Shown here: piece by piece, positions 24,375 to 35,304 of the stretch
Numbering within the stretch: position 1 is the first letter of the stretch
Layout of the letters: every line of letters starts with the position of its first letter
Sequence record: NC_049852.1
Source: Escherichia phage egaa
Length of the DNA: 51,643 nucleotides
Strand: one strand, 5' to 3'
Translations under genes and position numbers: made by a program
The notes under the pieces: generated by a model
The model's database searches: none
Told to the model about the DNA's origin: nothing
What the model saw: only the letters and a program-made list of their open reading frames with translations

Positions 24375-27300
24375 TTACCACGTACCAGTAAGCCTACCGA
24401 TCTGAACACGCAAAACGCCGTTTGCATCCCTAACGCTGATCGTTTCGTTTGTCATTTTCATGGCCCCCTCTCCAGGAGTAGAACCATAATTTTCAAACGT
24501 TCCGTTTTTATCCAGCCTCCATCCTGTTTGATTCCAAACGTAATTATTTGATTGGATGAAGTTACCGATCATGGCGTTTGTGATTGATCCGTTTTTCACT
24601 AACAGGCTGTTAATGAAAACTTGGTTATTTTCAACCACAAAAGGCAATGTATACGACCCTCCGGTCGAACTTGTCATGATAGCGAACCTGTTCGCATCAA
24701 ACAAAATCTGCGAAATAAGGCCGGATGAACCCTGCGAAAGCTGCATCACCATACCAGCACTGTACTTCTGACCGTTGTATGTCAATCCAAGTTTCATTGC
24801 GTACTGTGCGCCAACTCCATTAACGCCAGCCCATGAATCAAGTTTTTCCGTCAGCGCTGATTCAACATCTCCAAACTTCGCTGTTAATGCTGTGTCAGCA
24901 GAAACGCGCGCCTCTGTTTCGCTTGCAATCGCCTCCTCAACTCTCGTTAACTGCCCCTGAATATCATCTCCAATCTGTGATTTCAATTCCTCAATGGCTG
25001 TTGCTCTCGTTTCCGATTCTGTTGCAATTGCCTGATCAAGCCTCGTTACTTCGCTAGTTATTTCCTCGTCAAATTCAGCCTTGAGTTGCGTCATTGCGGT
25101 AACGCGCGCCTCAGTTTCATCTGCGATCAACTGTATTGATTGCCTGAATTCGGCTTTGCGTTTTCCGTTTTCCTTCCTCATAATCCTAACGTCTGCATCA
25201 TTCGCCAATGCGTTTTGAATGATGCTTTGCGCCTGATCCTTGATTTTGTTTGCGCTATCAATGGCATTCTCTTTCAGATCCTTCCCTGCTTCGGTATCAA
25301 AAATCTTATCAAGAATATTGCCTAAAACAGCCTCCACATCATCTGAAGCCATGCCTCTAACAAAATCAGTCCATCCGGAAACGTTGCCGATTCTGTCAAC
25401 ACTGCGGATTCTATACCATACAACATGACCAGCCGGAAGCGTACCGTGCCAGTATTCATATTGTGGATATGGGATCAGAGTTAACAGGCTTGAGTTTTCA
25501 GCCGTTCCATCCGGCGACTGATGAAGCTCAATGTATGCCGTGTCTCCGCTGCCTTCTGGCATCCCCCACTTAACACGAATGCCAAACACCTCATTGTCGG
25601 ATGCAGTTAAGTTAACTGGCGCGCCTGGCTCTCCTACCTTACCAGTCAGTGAAGCTGTTACAATTCTGGACCACGGCGACGTCGAACCTGAAGCAGAAAC
25701 AGATCTAACCCTTACCTGGTAGTTTCCTGAATAAATACCTTCAACCTCAATTTCTTTGTTTGCAGTCTGTGGTGTATTCAGCCAGTTGCCATCACCTTTT
25801 CGCCACTGCATTTCATACAGCGATGCGTAAGGTACTTTATCCCACGACACAACCATTGTTTCAACGCTTGCACCCTGGACAATTCGCGAGTAGGAGGATA
25901 TTTGCACATTTTCAGGCGCTGCCATTGTGTCAGGCTGGACAATTGAAGTTGGCCTGTCGTCAATGTTTACTCCATAATCAATCTCGTCGTATTTGTTCGG
26001 GTCATATTCAACAGCCGTGATGGAGTATGTAAATTCATCATCATCATCACCTTTGCCGATACTCGTTACAACGTATTGCTGCAATGCAATATCAGTGCGG
26101 TCGATTGCAAAAACCGTGTCAGGTTTAACCTCAAATCCAAACCCAATATTTAGCTCAATGGTTTTTCCGTCACCGCTTACTTTTGAGATTGTGCGCTTAA
26201 CTGGCTTCCCGTCTGGCTTGTTGATGATAATGAAATCACCTGGTCGCGCGTCAATCTTAAACGGAGCGAACACCTGCAAGCCTGAAACTTCCATCACGCG
26301 CCCTGATAGGTTTAACTTAAGGTTGCTGCTGTGAAAGTTGTCAGCAATAGCAATCACATCACCTATTGATGGGATCATGCCTTCCAGTCCAGTAGCAAAG
26401 TTTACCGTAGTGCTGCGCAAGTTAGTTTTTAGTATCCATCGACCGCGCCGATTAGCCTCACTCCTGCGTGTACATCCAATCGCTGTTATGCTTGTAGGAT
26501 TGTATCCAAATCGCAATGCTGCCTCGGTGTCGAATACGCCCTCTACGTCCTGTTGGTACATGTTTTGTTCGTCGTCGAACGTCACGTTGCACTGCGTGTA
26601 CATGCTCTTTTCGCTTGCTGTTGTGTACTGAAAATCACCATCAACAACGTTGTCATTGGTGAAGATGTACGACGGATCGCGCGGCTTATCAATGACGATT
26701 GACAAGCTCTCGCCATTCCAAAAGCTCATGCCTCGGAAGATTGAGCAAATATCACGAATAAGCTGATAAGCCTCAATCTGGCTTTGAATCACAACGTCGC
26801 ATAGATAACGCGGCTCTGTACCGCCTTTTCCATCCGGCACTTTCTGATCGCAGTATTGCGCCGCTTCGTAAAGACTCCATTTGTCAACCTGCACGCCAAG
26901 TTCTCGCTGATCTAATCCGTATCGCTGGTTTGTGATAATGTCATAAAGAACCCACGCCGGATTGTTCGACCACGCTTTCTTGAAAGTACCATCCCATGAA
27001 CCGTGATACTCTCGCATTACCGGATCGTAATTGCTCGGAACATTAATTAACTTCCATTTCTTCTTGATTGAAATGTTAGGGATCTGGTTAGGGAACAACT
27101 CACTGTCAAATTCAACGTATACAAGACCAGTCAGAGGATAACGGAATTTTGCATCAATAACCTCAGCGTAACTTTGTAGCTTAATCAGATCAGTAACGCG
27201 AGAGGATGCGCTGTCTGCCGTAACCCTTCTAACCCTAAGCAATACGCGATCATTAAATGCCGGAAGGTCAATCCTTCGGCTTCTGTCGTAACCGGAACGC

Positions 27301-27800
27301 GTTTTACCTTCGATGGTGTCTAGCAATACTTCTTTGTAAGAGTCTCCGTCAACAGCCATATCAACAGCATAAGTAACCTTAACGCCGACAAGATCGCCGT
27401 TATCCTCTTGCTTAATGCCTGTTGGCATTAGCATTTTGATTCTGATAGCCGATAATGTTTTGTTTGTTACAGAAATTACATAAGGATTTGATGTAGTAAT
27501 GTCACGCGCCAGCGTCACTTCGCTTGATGTGTCAGTAAATCCCTGGATGTAATCTTGCGTCTGCGTTCCAGGGCGAAATTCAGCTTTCACACCCTGGTAG
27601 TTAACAGTTCCGTCGTCTGCAATTACCGGAACATCATCAAGATACAGATCGCGAAGTGTAAAACTTGGATCGCACTCACCATCGGAAACGGCAAGAAGTA
27701 TTTTGATTTTGTTGATTGAGATCAGGTTATCTTCCATCTCTTTCGGAACATAAGGTTTTGATGATCCACCCTTACTGCCCGTTATCATATTTTCAGCCAT
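24375..27800 (-). CDS. central tail fiber / tail tip protein (lambda J-like host specificity protein)
   Basis: 1141 aa; position after I/K/L/M homologs; size and conserved gene order of lambda-like tail tip. Confidence 0.85.
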   Translation of the reverse strand: MAENMITGSKGGSSKPYVPKEMEDNLISINKIKILLAVSDGECDPSFTLRDLYLDDVPVIADDGTVNYQGVKAEFRPGTQTQDYIQGFTDTSSEVTLARDITTSNPYVISVTNKTLSAIRIKMLMPTGIKQEDNGDLVGVKVTYAVDMAVDGDSYKEVLLDTIEGKTRSGYDRSRRIDLPAFNDRVLLRVRRVTADSASSRVTDLIKLQSYAEVIDAKFRYPLTGLVYVEFDSELFPNQIPNISIKKKWKLINVPSNYDPVMREYHGSWDGTFKKAWSNNPAWVLYDIITNQRYGLDQRELGVQVDKWSLYEAAQYCDQKVPDGKGGTEPRYLCDVVIQSQIEAYQLIRDICSIFRGMSFWNGESLSIVIDKPRDPSYIFTNDNVVDGDFQYTTASEKSMYTQCNVTFDDEQNMYQQDVEGVFDTEAALRFGYNPTSITAIGCTRRSEANRRGRWILKTNLRSTTVNFATGLEGMIPSIGDVIAIADNFHSSNLKLNLSGRVMEVSGLQVFAPFKIDARPGDFIIINKPDGKPVKRTISKVSGDGKTIELNIGFGFEVKPDTVFAIDRTDIALQQYVVTSIGKGDDDDEFTYSITAVEYDPNKYDEIDYGVNIDDRPTSIVQPDTMAAPENVQISSYSRIVQGASVETMVVSWDKVPYASLYEMQWRKGDGNWLNTPQTANKEIEVEGIYSGNYQVRVRSVSASGSTSPWSRIVTASLTGKVGEPGAPVNLTASDNEVFGIRVKWGMPEGSGDTAYIELHQSPDGTAENSSLLTLIPYPQYEYWHGTLPAGHVVWYRIRSVDRIGNVSGWTDFVRGMASDDVEAVLGNILDKIFDTEAGKDLKENAIDSANKIKDQAQSIIQNALANDADVRIMRKENGKRKAEFRQSIQLIADETEARVTAMTQLKAEFDEEITSEVTRLDQAIATESETRATAIEELKSQIGDDIQGQLTRVEEAIASETEARVSADTALTAKFGDVESALTEKLDSWAGVNGVGAQYAMKLGLTYNGQKYSAGMVMQLSQGSSGLISQILFDANRFAIMTSSTGGSYTLPFVVENNQVFINSLLVKNGSITNAMIGNFIQSNNYVWNQTGWRLDKNGTFENYGSTPGEGAMKMTNETISVRDANGVLRVQIGRLTGTW

Positions 27801-27834
27801 GCTTTTTCACCTTTTGTGCTATTTGATTTGTTGA

Positions 27835-27868
27835 ATTATACGGGCAAAAAAAAAGCCGCGCAACGCGC
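27835..27868 (-). promoter_or_regulatory. terminator hairpin with T8 followed by TATAAT (putative promoter for J)
   Basis: minus strand cgcgcg-ttg-cgcggc + TTTTTTTT then TATAAT (rc of 27835-27840); approximate. Confidence 0.4.
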
Positions 27869-27880
27869 GACTCTTTTATA

Positions 27881-28477
27881 TTAAGCCTTATCTTCTGCAT
27901 AACTACCAGCCGACCAGATAGCTCCGCCGACGGTCCTTTGACCGTATGGCAATGGTATTGGGTATCCTGCCGCCGTTGTGTTAACTGCACCGCCAAAAGC
28001 GTAAGACGGCTTATTCTCTGCTGATTGGGATGATAACCGCGACCCGCCTTGCTGTGGTGAAATCATTTGCATTACGCCGCCAAGCACCATAGCACCACCC
28101 ATCATGAAAGCAGACGATGCAAAAGCACCCATCAACGCAAGTGAAGCGCCGCCAGTGAAAAATGCAGTCGCCATAATAACCGCCCCAAGAACAACCTGAA
28201 ACAACCCACCAGACTTTGAACCTGTTGGGATTGGAATAATCCTCACTTCCTTTGCGCATTGCCACGCTTTTTCATCGTGCTGTCCTACATTCTTACCGTC
28301 AACAAATACAGCGTAACGCATACGCGATCCTACTTCGCTTTGCATGTAGTCCTTGAATCCTTCCACCTGCGAAGATAGTGCGCGTATTGCTTCTGGGTAT
28401 GAATCAACAGCCAGCTTATGAAATACTCCAAATCTTCGGCCTAAAGATCCAGATAATTTAATTACCTTCAAAGTCAT
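27881..28477 (-). CDS. tail assembly protein (lambda gpI-like)
   Basis: 198 aa, hydrophobic Gly/Ala-rich C-terminal half; gene order M-L-K-I-J. Confidence 0.7.
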   Translation of the reverse strand: MTLKVIKLSGSLGRRFGVFHKLAVDSYPEAIRALSSQVEGFKDYMQSEVGSRMRYAVFVDGKNVGQHDEKAWQCAKEVRIIPIPTGSKSGGLFQVVLGAVIMATAFFTGGASLALMGAFASSAFMMGGAMVLGGVMQMISPQQGGSRLSSQSAENKPSYAFGGAVNTTAAGYPIPLPYGQRTVGGAIWSAGSYAEDKA

Positions 28478-29189
28478 ATTTTAGATCCTTATGTCTACAA
28501 ACCATTTTTGCATGTTCCTGATACCATCCAGAATACAAATCAACCCTTGACAACTTGCCAAAGGCATGATGGAGCAATTGGTTGTTGCCAAGATAAATAC
28601 CTGCATGATTCCACACTGGCGCGGAAAGCTGAAAGATAACCATATCACCAGGTTTTGGCGGCTCTCCTGTTTCAATAAATCCCTCTTTCAGATAATTTTC
28701 TTGATAAAGATTTTCACCGTGCTCAGGCTTCCACCATTCATATGGTTTCCTGAAGTCATTCAGGATAACGCCATGTTGCTTATGCCATGCCATAATAAGC
28801 CCCCAGCAATCATACGCCCCAAGCGACCACGGGCGACCAATCAGAGGACGAGATTCAGGCTCAATGATTCTCATATCACCTTCGGGCCATGACACAATAA
28901 CCCATGAAACACCCATTTCATCACACATGCATGTATCATGGGCGCTTGGAATTGTACTTGCCCCGTCTCCAGTGTGGCTATGCACAACAGCAATAAGCTC
29001 GCCACTTTCACACGCCTCAACGTATTCAATTGCGTCCATCTCAAAATGGTTTTCAGGATCATCATGCACGTTGGTTATGCGGTGGTATTTTTGCACGCGT
29101 GATTTTTGAGTGATAACACCGCACGCCTCGCGCGGGTATTCATCTTTTACGTGCTGCATTATTTCAAGTTTTATTTTTGCACTAATCAT
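28458..29189 (-). CDS. tail assembly protein (lambda gpK-like; JAMM/MPN + NlpC/P60 domains)
   Basis: JAMM motif HSHTGDGASTIPSAHD (HxHx7Sx2D); C-terminal DCWGLI...H of NlpC/P60; ATG 29189 overlaps L stop (ATGA); track start is GTG at 29192. Confidence 0.85.
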   Translation of the reverse strand: MISAKIKLEIMQHVKDEYPREACGVITQKSRVQKYHRITNVHDDPENHFEMDAIEYVEACESGELIAVVHSHTGDGASTIPSAHDTCMCDEMGVSWVIVSWPEGDMRIIEPESRPLIGRPWSLGAYDCWGLIMAWHKQHGVILNDFRKPYEWWKPEHGENLYQENYLKEGFIETGEPPKPGDMVIFQLSAPVWNHAGIYLGNNQLLHHAFGKLSRVDLYSGWYQEHAKMVCRHKDLKYDFEGN

Positions 29190-29950
29190 CACTGATTTCT
29201 CCTTAACAGGCTTGCTACTGGTGCACCGCCAAAATCAAGCTGCTGATCTGCACCAAAACGAAGTTTGCACGCTGTTACAGTTCCTGCGCAAAAGTCTTGA
29301 GATGGATCTGTCACAGGATTATTGTCTTTGTCAAACATTCGCGATCCATTGTATCCGCAACCTTTTCCGCTGCGATACCATCCACGCTGCGCCCAATAAC
29401 AAACGCTTTGAGTTATTCGCGGAGGAATCATTATTCCATCCATATCATAAGGCGATGTCAGGTCAAATTTCGCCATCATTCTATTGTAATGGCTTGGGCG
29501 CTCAATGTAGTAAACCAGCTTTCTTGAGGCTCCATCTTTAATGCTGCCATCTTTCCCCATTAATTCCGCTGGCGTGATCCAGATTGTAACCTTAGCTTGC
29601 ATCATGCCGTTAAAGTTGCGAATCATCGCGCTCACCTGGCTGTCAAGGTTTGATAGTATCAATTGTGGCTTATCAGCCTTTCCGTTGCTTGTGAAGTTGA
29701 TTCCAGATATTCCGAATGGTCGCGCGCCGTAAACCTCACCACGGAATGTAATCTCTTTCGGCGGAAGAACTCCAGTTTCCCGCGCCTGCAATAATTCTTC
29801 CGCAGTGTATGAGATGTTCTCATTGTGTATGCGGTAAATGTTTGCGCCAAACTTTGTGCCGTCAATCTCAATTAGCGTGATAATCTCGCCAGGGTAAAGG
29901 CTTTGCAGACAATTTTCAAGATCCGCGCGACCTGTTGTTTCATTAGCCAT
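29189..29950 (-). CDS. minor tail protein (lambda gpL-like)
   Basis: In-frame ATG at codon 12 with RBS aAAGGAGGtgcaattATG; gene order. Confidence 0.75.
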   Translation of the reverse strand: MANETTGRADLENCLQSLYPGEIITLIEIDGTKFGANIYRIHNENISYTAEELLQARETGVLPPKEITFRGEVYGARPFGISGINFTSNGKADKPQLILSNLDSQVSAMIRNFNGMMQAKVTIWITPAELMGKDGSIKDGASRKLVYYIERPSHYNRMMAKFDLTSPYDMDGIMIPPRITQSVCYWAQRGWYRSGKGCGYNGSRMFDKDNNPVTDPSQDFCAGTVTACKLRFGADQQLDFGGAPVASLLRRNQ

Positions 29951-29986
29951 AATTGCACCTCCTTTCGTGCATTGTATCATCAATAA

Positions 29987-30008
29987 AAAAGCCGCACAAA
30001 GGCGGCTT
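29987..30008 (-). terminator. hairpin + T-run between M and L (attenuator-like)
   Basis: minus strand agccgc-ctttgt-gcggct followed by TTTTTTATT. Confidence 0.45.
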
Positions 30009-30011
30009 GAA

Positions 30012-30368
30012 TTATTGCATTGATGTAAATTGCTCAGTAAATGTTGCTTTCACTTCCTGAACGGTTGCTGATATTGGAGTTAATCCAACGCTACCAGATT
30101 TTACCCTGAATAGACCAGGTTGACCGTCAGGCATAAACCATAAAAACGGCTTCAGCCTGTGTCCATTCAGGAAGTCAACAACGTCTCTGTAATCCTTGCC
30201 AACATAGACAATGGAAAACTCCCTGCGTACCGTGTTAAACCCTCCTGAAGCAACCTGCGTGTAACCATTACCAAATGAGATTTCCCTGTCGTTATTTGAT
30301 GTGGTCATAGTGCCGCCGCCTCCTTGCGTTTGCGTGCACCATTTGAATTGCTCAAGTTTCACTATCAC
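30012..30368 (-). CDS. minor tail protein (lambda gpM-like)
   Basis: 118 aa; GTG start overlapping tape-measure stop (GTGA); gene order. Confidence 0.65.
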   Translation of the reverse strand: MIVKLEQFKWCTQTQGGGGTMTTSNNDREISFGNGYTQVASGGFNTVRREFSIVYVGKDYRDVVDFLNGHRLKPFLWFMPDGQPGLFRVKSGSVGLTPISATVQEVKATFTEQFTSMQ

Positions 30369-33037
30369 CCCCGCTTAGACATAACAAATTCGTAAACTTC
30401 CCCACCCTGCGTACAGGAACGCTTAATCATATCAGTGAAAATCATTTTTACGCCAGTCTCTAACCCCTTCGGATCGTTTCCGTTATTAATATCAACGCTA
30501 ATCCCACCAATATTAAGGTTTGTTGCTCCTGATGAAACGCCGCCGCCAGTGTATGAAGTGCCGCCAACAACGCCGCCATTTGCATAACCGCGCATCATTT
30601 TGTAAAGGTTTCCAACTCCGATCCGCTTCGTGGCCTCCTTCGTCATGACAAACTCGCCTTTATGAACAACACCTGCTGGCTCATACTTCCCGCCGTCGCC
30701 AGTGTATCCACCAGTTGCAAATCCAACATTTTTAAGAAGGCTTCCAATCGTCCAAGTGTCACCGCCAATCGCACCGGATATGGCATTAAAGATAACCATC
30801 TTTGTGATCATCTGGATAATCATTTGGATGATTGACGTTGCGAAGCTCTTAAAGTTTGCCTTGCCTGTTGCAAGGAATGTAGCCATTTGGTTGGTTAGAC
30901 CGTTGAGCGCCTCGCTTGCAATATCTTGCACGTTGCCGTACATATCCATTGCATCTTGTCCGTAAACCTCCCATGCGTTTTTCGCTCCTGCAATCCAGTT
31001 ACTTCTAAGCTGATCTTCAGTGTCGTAATACTCCTTCAGCTTTGCTTCCATCTGCTGATAAATTTCATCGTCGATACTACCGCCGCCAGCAACATAATCA
31101 GTTCGCAACTTCTTCAACTCAAGCTCTCGCTGGATTTGCAGATCTGTAGCTCCAGACTGTCGCAAGTTCATAGCGTCAATAGCATCTGATGTTTGCTGAA
31201 TGAATTTAAGCCCTTCCTGGTATTGCTTGTTCTTTCTTTGTTGTAAAACAATCTGATCGCCTATCTCGGCCTTTTCTTTTGCCATAGCAATAACTGCTTT
31301 TTGCTCGTTTAGTAACGCCTGTTCAGCCTTTGTCAGCTTGCGTTTGCTTTGCGCTTCCTCCAGGATCTGGATCTGCTTTTCAATGCTCCACAAAGATTGC
31401 CTCTGGCGTGAAATAACATCATTTACAGTTCGGTGCTCTTTCAGCGTTTCAAGTTGCGCCTTGAGAACATATAGCTCCTTATCAAGCTGCTCTGTTGGTG
31501 CTTTTACAACTCCACCAACTTTTTCCTTTTGCTGCTGCGCCTTCTTCGCCTCTTCAAGCTCTTTTCGCCTGAACTCCACGTTCTCAGCCGCTCGCTTTTT
31601 CAACTCTTCGTCTGCTGTCCTTGCTACGTTCTTCTGATCCTCTATGGCTTTGTTTAAAGCCTCTTGCGCCGCTCGAACTCTGTTTAAGGAAAGGTTTTCT
31701 CTGTCGATGCGTGCTGCTCGTTCCGCCATATCCTTATTCGCATCTTTTACAATCTTTCCTATATCCTCATAGGTGTTCTTCGCAAATTGCAGCATTGGAT
31801 TCACATAACCAAGCTCTTTCCCCAGCAGCCCGCCGGACGGTGAAGCATAATCACGTTTTGCTTTTAAGACCGCATACCATGAATCGCCAAGCTCAAGAAC
31901 TTTGTTTTTGTGATCAGCAATTTCATTGTTAAGACTTACAAAACTTGATGCGTTTTTGTATTCGTTTACTTTTGCCTTTGCTTCGTCATAGGTAAATCCA
32001 ACATCGACGAGTTTTTGTATAGCCTCGCTTGCTCCATCCTTAGTGCTTATGTAAGCCTTTGCGATATTGTCTGCGCTCTCTCCTGTCTTGTCAGATAGCG
32101 CCTGGATTCCAGTTGCGATCCGCTCTGCAAACTCACCGGAAAGACCTGTTGCATCCTGAACGGTTTTTGTGATCTCCTTCAGTTGTGCGTTGGCTTTGTA
32201 AGCGTTATATGCTGCATACCCAAGAGCACCAGTCAGCGCCGTCATTCCAACACTTAGCGGCGTGACAAATGTCATTAGCGCTTTAAAAGTATTAGCAACA
32301 CCGCCGAATGAGTCCTTGATTTGCCCACCCTGCTGGATTGCGATCATCCATACTGGCATACCTGAAGCAAGAGAAGTAACAACGTCAGTGATCTGCATTG
32401 GCAATTGCGCCATTGCTTGCTTGTACTGCCCCATAGAAACGCCAAGTTTTGAGGCTTGTTTTTCCTGCTCCTTCATTTTTGCAATAAATGGCGCTGCCTC
32501 TGCACTAACTCCAAGTTGTGCGGCTCTCATTTCGACAAGCTCTGATTTTGTTTTTTCCGCTGCGTCAGCTTGCGCCTGCAATGCCGCAATAAACTTTCTT
32601 GCCTCAGACTCTGCCCTTGCCTTGTTTTTTGCTTCCTCAAGCGCCGCGCGGCCTTCTTCAGTTAGCGCCTTTTTAGTTGCGATCAGTTTGTTTTGCTGCG
32701 TCTCAAGAATTGATCCTAACTCAAAGAATGTATCATCCGGCACAATTCCTTTTTTCCAAAGCGCATCAAGCTGTGTTGCTGCCTGGCGCAACTTATCCAT
32801 TTTGCTTGCTGTCGGATCTATTGCCGACTGAATTGCTTTAAATTCTTGCTTCTGCTTTGCCAATTCCTCAGCCAGTTGTTTGGCTCTTTGTCTTGCAACA
32901 ACCTCTGAATCAACAAAACTCTCAACGCTTCCCTTTGCGTCGTCGTTTGCCTTCTTGAATTGCTGCAAAGACTTTACAGCATTGTTGAGTTGAGAAACAT
33001 CAACCCCAAGCGTCAAGCCTGCGTATTGTTCTGACAT
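30365..33037 (-). CDS. tail tape measure protein
   Basis: 890 aa, long Ala/Gln/Lys-rich coiled coils, Gly-rich C-terminus; between G/GT chaperone and M; RBS tGGAGGattaataATG. Confidence 0.9.
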   Translation of the reverse strand: MSEQYAGLTLGVDVSQLNNAVKSLQQFKKANDDAKGSVESFVDSEVVARQRAKQLAEELAKQKQEFKAIQSAIDPTASKMDKLRQAATQLDALWKKGIVPDDTFFELGSILETQQNKLIATKKALTEEGRAALEEAKNKARAESEARKFIAALQAQADAAEKTKSELVEMRAAQLGVSAEAAPFIAKMKEQEKQASKLGVSMGQYKQAMAQLPMQITDVVTSLASGMPVWMIAIQQGGQIKDSFGGVANTFKALMTFVTPLSVGMTALTGALGYAAYNAYKANAQLKEITKTVQDATGLSGEFAERIATGIQALSDKTGESADNIAKAYISTKDGASEAIQKLVDVGFTYDEAKAKVNEYKNASSFVSLNNEIADHKNKVLELGDSWYAVLKAKRDYASPSGGLLGKELGYVNPMLQFAKNTYEDIGKIVKDANKDMAERAARIDRENLSLNRVRAAQEALNKAIEDQKNVARTADEELKKRAAENVEFRRKELEEAKKAQQQKEKVGGVVKAPTEQLDKELYVLKAQLETLKEHRTVNDVISRQRQSLWSIEKQIQILEEAQSKRKLTKAEQALLNEQKAVIAMAKEKAEIGDQIVLQQRKNKQYQEGLKFIQQTSDAIDAMNLRQSGATDLQIQRELELKKLRTDYVAGGGSIDDEIYQQMEAKLKEYYDTEDQLRSNWIAGAKNAWEVYGQDAMDMYGNVQDIASEALNGLTNQMATFLATGKANFKSFATSIIQMIIQMITKMVIFNAISGAIGGDTWTIGSLLKNVGFATGGYTGDGGKYEPAGVVHKGEFVMTKEATKRIGVGNLYKMMRGYANGGVVGGTSYTGGGVSSGATNLNIGGISVDINNGNDPKGLETGVKMIFTDMIKRSCTQGGEVYEFVMSKRG

Positions 33038-33076
33038 TATTAATCCTCCAGGTAATAAAAAAGCGCCCGTAGGCGC

Positions 33077-33397
33077 TTATTTTGAATGCATCATTTCAAG
33101 TGCTTTTTGCTCCATGATTCGCAAGTCGTTTAGCGCCATCTCGCGATCCTCAACCTTGTAAATCTCAAAAAGCATAGGCAAGACATTATAATCAAATCCG
33201 TAAGCGCCACCGCCAGAACATCTCCATTGCGTTTGCATTGCGCAAAATATATCCCATGATTGCATCATGCTTTCATCAAATATAACCTCTGGCGGATCTT
33301 CTCCTTCATAGTCTGCCCTTGTAAGGCCAACGGCCTCAAGCTCTGCATCTGTCGGCGGTTTCTGATAAAACAGGTAAACCGCCCTTTTTAGTTTTTT
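33077..33397 (-). CDS. T-extension of tail assembly chaperone, expressed as G-T fusion by programmed -1 ribosomal frameshift
   Basis: -1 frame is open from slippery heptamer A_AAA_AAC (33391-33397) to stop at 33077 and contains track ORF 33077-33268; G frame stops 1 codon after the heptamer. Confidence 0.75.
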   Translation of the reverse strand, partial: KKLKRAVYLFYQKPPTDAELEAVGLTRADYEGEDPPEVIFDESMMQSWDIFCAMQTQWRCSGGGAYGFDYNVLPMLFEIYKVEDREMALNDLRIMEQKALEMMHSK

Positions 33398-33705
33398 ACT
33401 CGCTGCCCCGCAAGCGCTTTCATGTATGCGCTAGTTAATCCGATTGCTGTTGCTGGGTAGTAATCAAGAAGCTGTTTAATATTTTCTTCGTTAAATTCAT
33501 CATCAAGATTCCAACCGGAAGCAAGGAAGGTGATCATTTCAACATCGCTCATTGGGGTATCTGACGTGTATCGCTCGTGAATCTCACTTGTTTTGCGGTG
33601 GCGAACTGTGAAGATAATTGTTTGATCTTCTCCGTTAGGCATTGCAAATTTTACTGGTAATTTAAAGTCAGGAAGCGGCCCAATCGTCAATTTCATTTTT
33701 GACAT
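33388..33705 (-). CDS. tail assembly chaperone (lambda gpG-like)
   Basis: 105 aa between major tail protein and tape measure; ends ...GQRVKN with slippery site at its last codons; RBS cAAGGAGaaagaaATG. Confidence 0.8.
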   Translation of the reverse strand: MSKMKLTIGPLPDFKLPVKFAMPNGEDQTIIFTVRHRKTSEIHERYTSDTPMSDVEMITFLASGWNLDDEFNEENIKQLLDYYPATAIGLTSAYMKALAGQRVKN

Positions 33706-33718
33706 TTCTTTCTCCTTG

Positions 33719-33737
33719 ATAGCACTTTTTGTTAAAA
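33719..33737 (+). promoter_or_regulatory. copy of conserved element (ATAGCACTTTTTGTTAAAA) in inverted orientation relative to surrounding late genes
   Basis: plus-strand copy inside minus-strand late operon, 14-32 nt upstream of the G gene start on the opposite strand. Confidence 0.4.
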
Positions 33738-33775
33738 GAATTGATTATGAATCGTGTAGCATGATTGTACAGTAA

Positions 33776-33800
33776 CAAAAAAAGGGGCGCAACGCCCCTT
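33776..33800 (-). terminator. intrinsic terminator after major tail protein gene
   Basis: minus strand ggggcg-ttg-cgcccc followed by TTTTTTTG. Confidence 0.75.
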
Positions 33801-33804
33801 GTGA

Positions 33805-34467
33805 TTATGCTACTTGAGAAGGTAGGAAGGTGAATCGACCTTTCAGTGATACAGACAGGGAAACAGTTTCCATTTCGTTAACTGTGGTCTGTGGGATTTC
33901 GTTAAACGAAAGGACACCAGCCCAGCAACGCATCTCTTTCGCTTTCGGTACATACATGCGAAGCGCTGTCACTTCACCGGATTCGTCTGCTGCACGAAGT
34001 AACGGATAGATCGCGTTATCGTATTCGTGCGCAAAAGTGTATGTCAGAGAAACGGCGCTCTTATAGGTAGGTAACTGCTGTTCCTGGTCGTCTGCCAAAC
34101 ACTGATAAGTATAGTACTGCTGTTCGCCGCCGTCCTGCGACAAATCTTGAACGCAAGGGATCTCAGTCCATGCATCAATTTTGGCAAAAGATGCAGTACC
34201 GCCAGACGGGAAAACGTTCTGATCAGTAGTATCTACACCTTCAAGAGTCACGCTTGTTTCTTCACCGTTAGCCTTTACACGCATAACACGATCAATCAGC
34301 TTGCCCCAAGAAGACGCAGTGATGATCACATAATCACCTTTCTTATACGCAGTGCCGCCAGATGCAACAGTGAAAACAGGATCTTTGGCGTTTGACACTG
34401 CTGTTGCTTGGATTTCGCCGCCTCGATTGCTCTCAACGAAAATTTGAGATCCATTTGGTAAATGCAT
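33805..34467 (-). CDS. major tail (tube) protein
   Basis: 220 aa directly upstream of G/GT chaperone pair; strong terminator downstream; RBS cAAAGGAGtaaaaattATG. Confidence 0.75.
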   Translation of the reverse strand: MHLPNGSQIFVESNRGGEIQATAVSNAKDPVFTVASGGTAYKKGDYVIITASSWGKLIDRVMRVKANGEETSVTLEGVDTTDQNVFPSGGTASFAKIDAWTEIPCVQDLSQDGGEQQYYTYQCLADDQEQQLPTYKSAVSLTYTFAHEYDNAIYPLLRAADESGEVTALRMYVPKAKEMRCWAGVLSFNEIPQTTVNEMETVSLSVSLKGRFTFLPSQVA

Positions 34468-34472
34468 AATTT

Positions 34473-34871
34473 TTACTCCTTTGTTTCAATTCGAACATAA
34501 AATCTTATTGGGAGAAGCCAGCCACTTTCACTCTTGAGCGGCTTGTGAACTCTTGCACCCTCATATATATAACCATTCTCCAGCATTTTACCATCGTAAA
34601 AGAATTGCGCAATCTCTTTAGCTAGAACGCGCGGCCTGTCAGTTCCGCAACCTGGTGGAAACACAATGCCAACCTGAATCATTCCGATATAAGAAACGCA
34701 TTTGCGATCCAATGACAAGTATTCTGTGTCAACTTCGGTATAGTCAAACTTCAACCACGGCGATCCGTCACCAGGTGGCGTAAACTCTACGTTTTCATAA
34801 GCGATCATGAATCTGCTCTCGTATTCAGTCGCCAGCGCCTTACGCGCCGATAGCATTAATTCATAGTGCAT
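34473..34871 (-). CDS. tail terminator-like protein (gpU-like position)
   Basis: 132 aa immediately upstream of major tail gene; positional inference. Confidence 0.5.
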   Translation of the reverse strand: MHYELMLSARKALATEYESRFMIAYENVEFTPPGDGSPWLKFDYTEVDTEYLSLDRKCVSYIGMIQVGIVFPPGCGTDRPRVLAKEIAQFFYDGKMLENGYIYEGARVHKPLKSESGWLLPIRFYVRIETKE

Positions 34872-35304
34872 TTTTAGCCCTCGACTCTTTTATTGCTTCA
34901 GCCATATATGAACGCAACTTAACGGCAACAATCCCAAGTACACCCGCTGGCGCTTGTTTTGAATGACCGTACTCAAGCGCGTTAGCATAAATAAGCATGT
35001 TAGAAAAATAAATGGCTCTTACTGCGCCACCACCTCGTAAAATCGCGTATATGGCGCGCTTTCCTTCCGCGATCGTTTTGTCTCCGTGCTTATCGTACTG
35101 GTTAAGCGCATACAATGGCGGCTTGTTTGCTGTTACCTGCCAGTTCGCACGGTAACGCCCAGTATCAACCGGAGAACGCTTAACAAGATCTGTATGCACT
35201 TTTTCGGCGAACAACTCAACGCAATCTTTCAGGCCATTATCAACGGCGTTTATCCACGCATCAATGTTGCCGTGAAATTCCCTTATCGTGTAGTTTTTAG
35301 CCAT
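34861..35304 (-). CDS. HK97 gp10-like neck/tail completion protein
   Basis: DTGRYRANWQV resembles the recalled HK97 gp10-family signature (D-T-G-x-L/Y-R-x-S/N-W); position in head-tail joining module. Confidence 0.55.
   Translation of the reverse strand: MAKNYTIREFHGNIDAWINAVDNGLKDCVELFAEKVHTDLVKRSPVDTGRYRANWQVTANKPPLYALNQYDKHGDKTIAEGKRAIYAILRGGGAVRAIYFSNMLIYANALEYGHSKQAPAGVLGIVAVKLRSYMAEAIKESRAKNAL

Noticed and set aside
24556-26631. Multiple plus-strand ORFs inside the J gene (for example 24833-25057, 25993-26334, 26338-26631)
   Set aside because: Antisense to a 1141-aa gene with clear homolog-like organization; typical spurious ORFs in a long coding region
30702-32831. Plus-strand ORFs inside the tape measure gene (for example 31338-31637, 32262-32831)
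   Set aside because: Antisense to the tape measure gene; Ser/Ala/Cys-rich low-complexity translations
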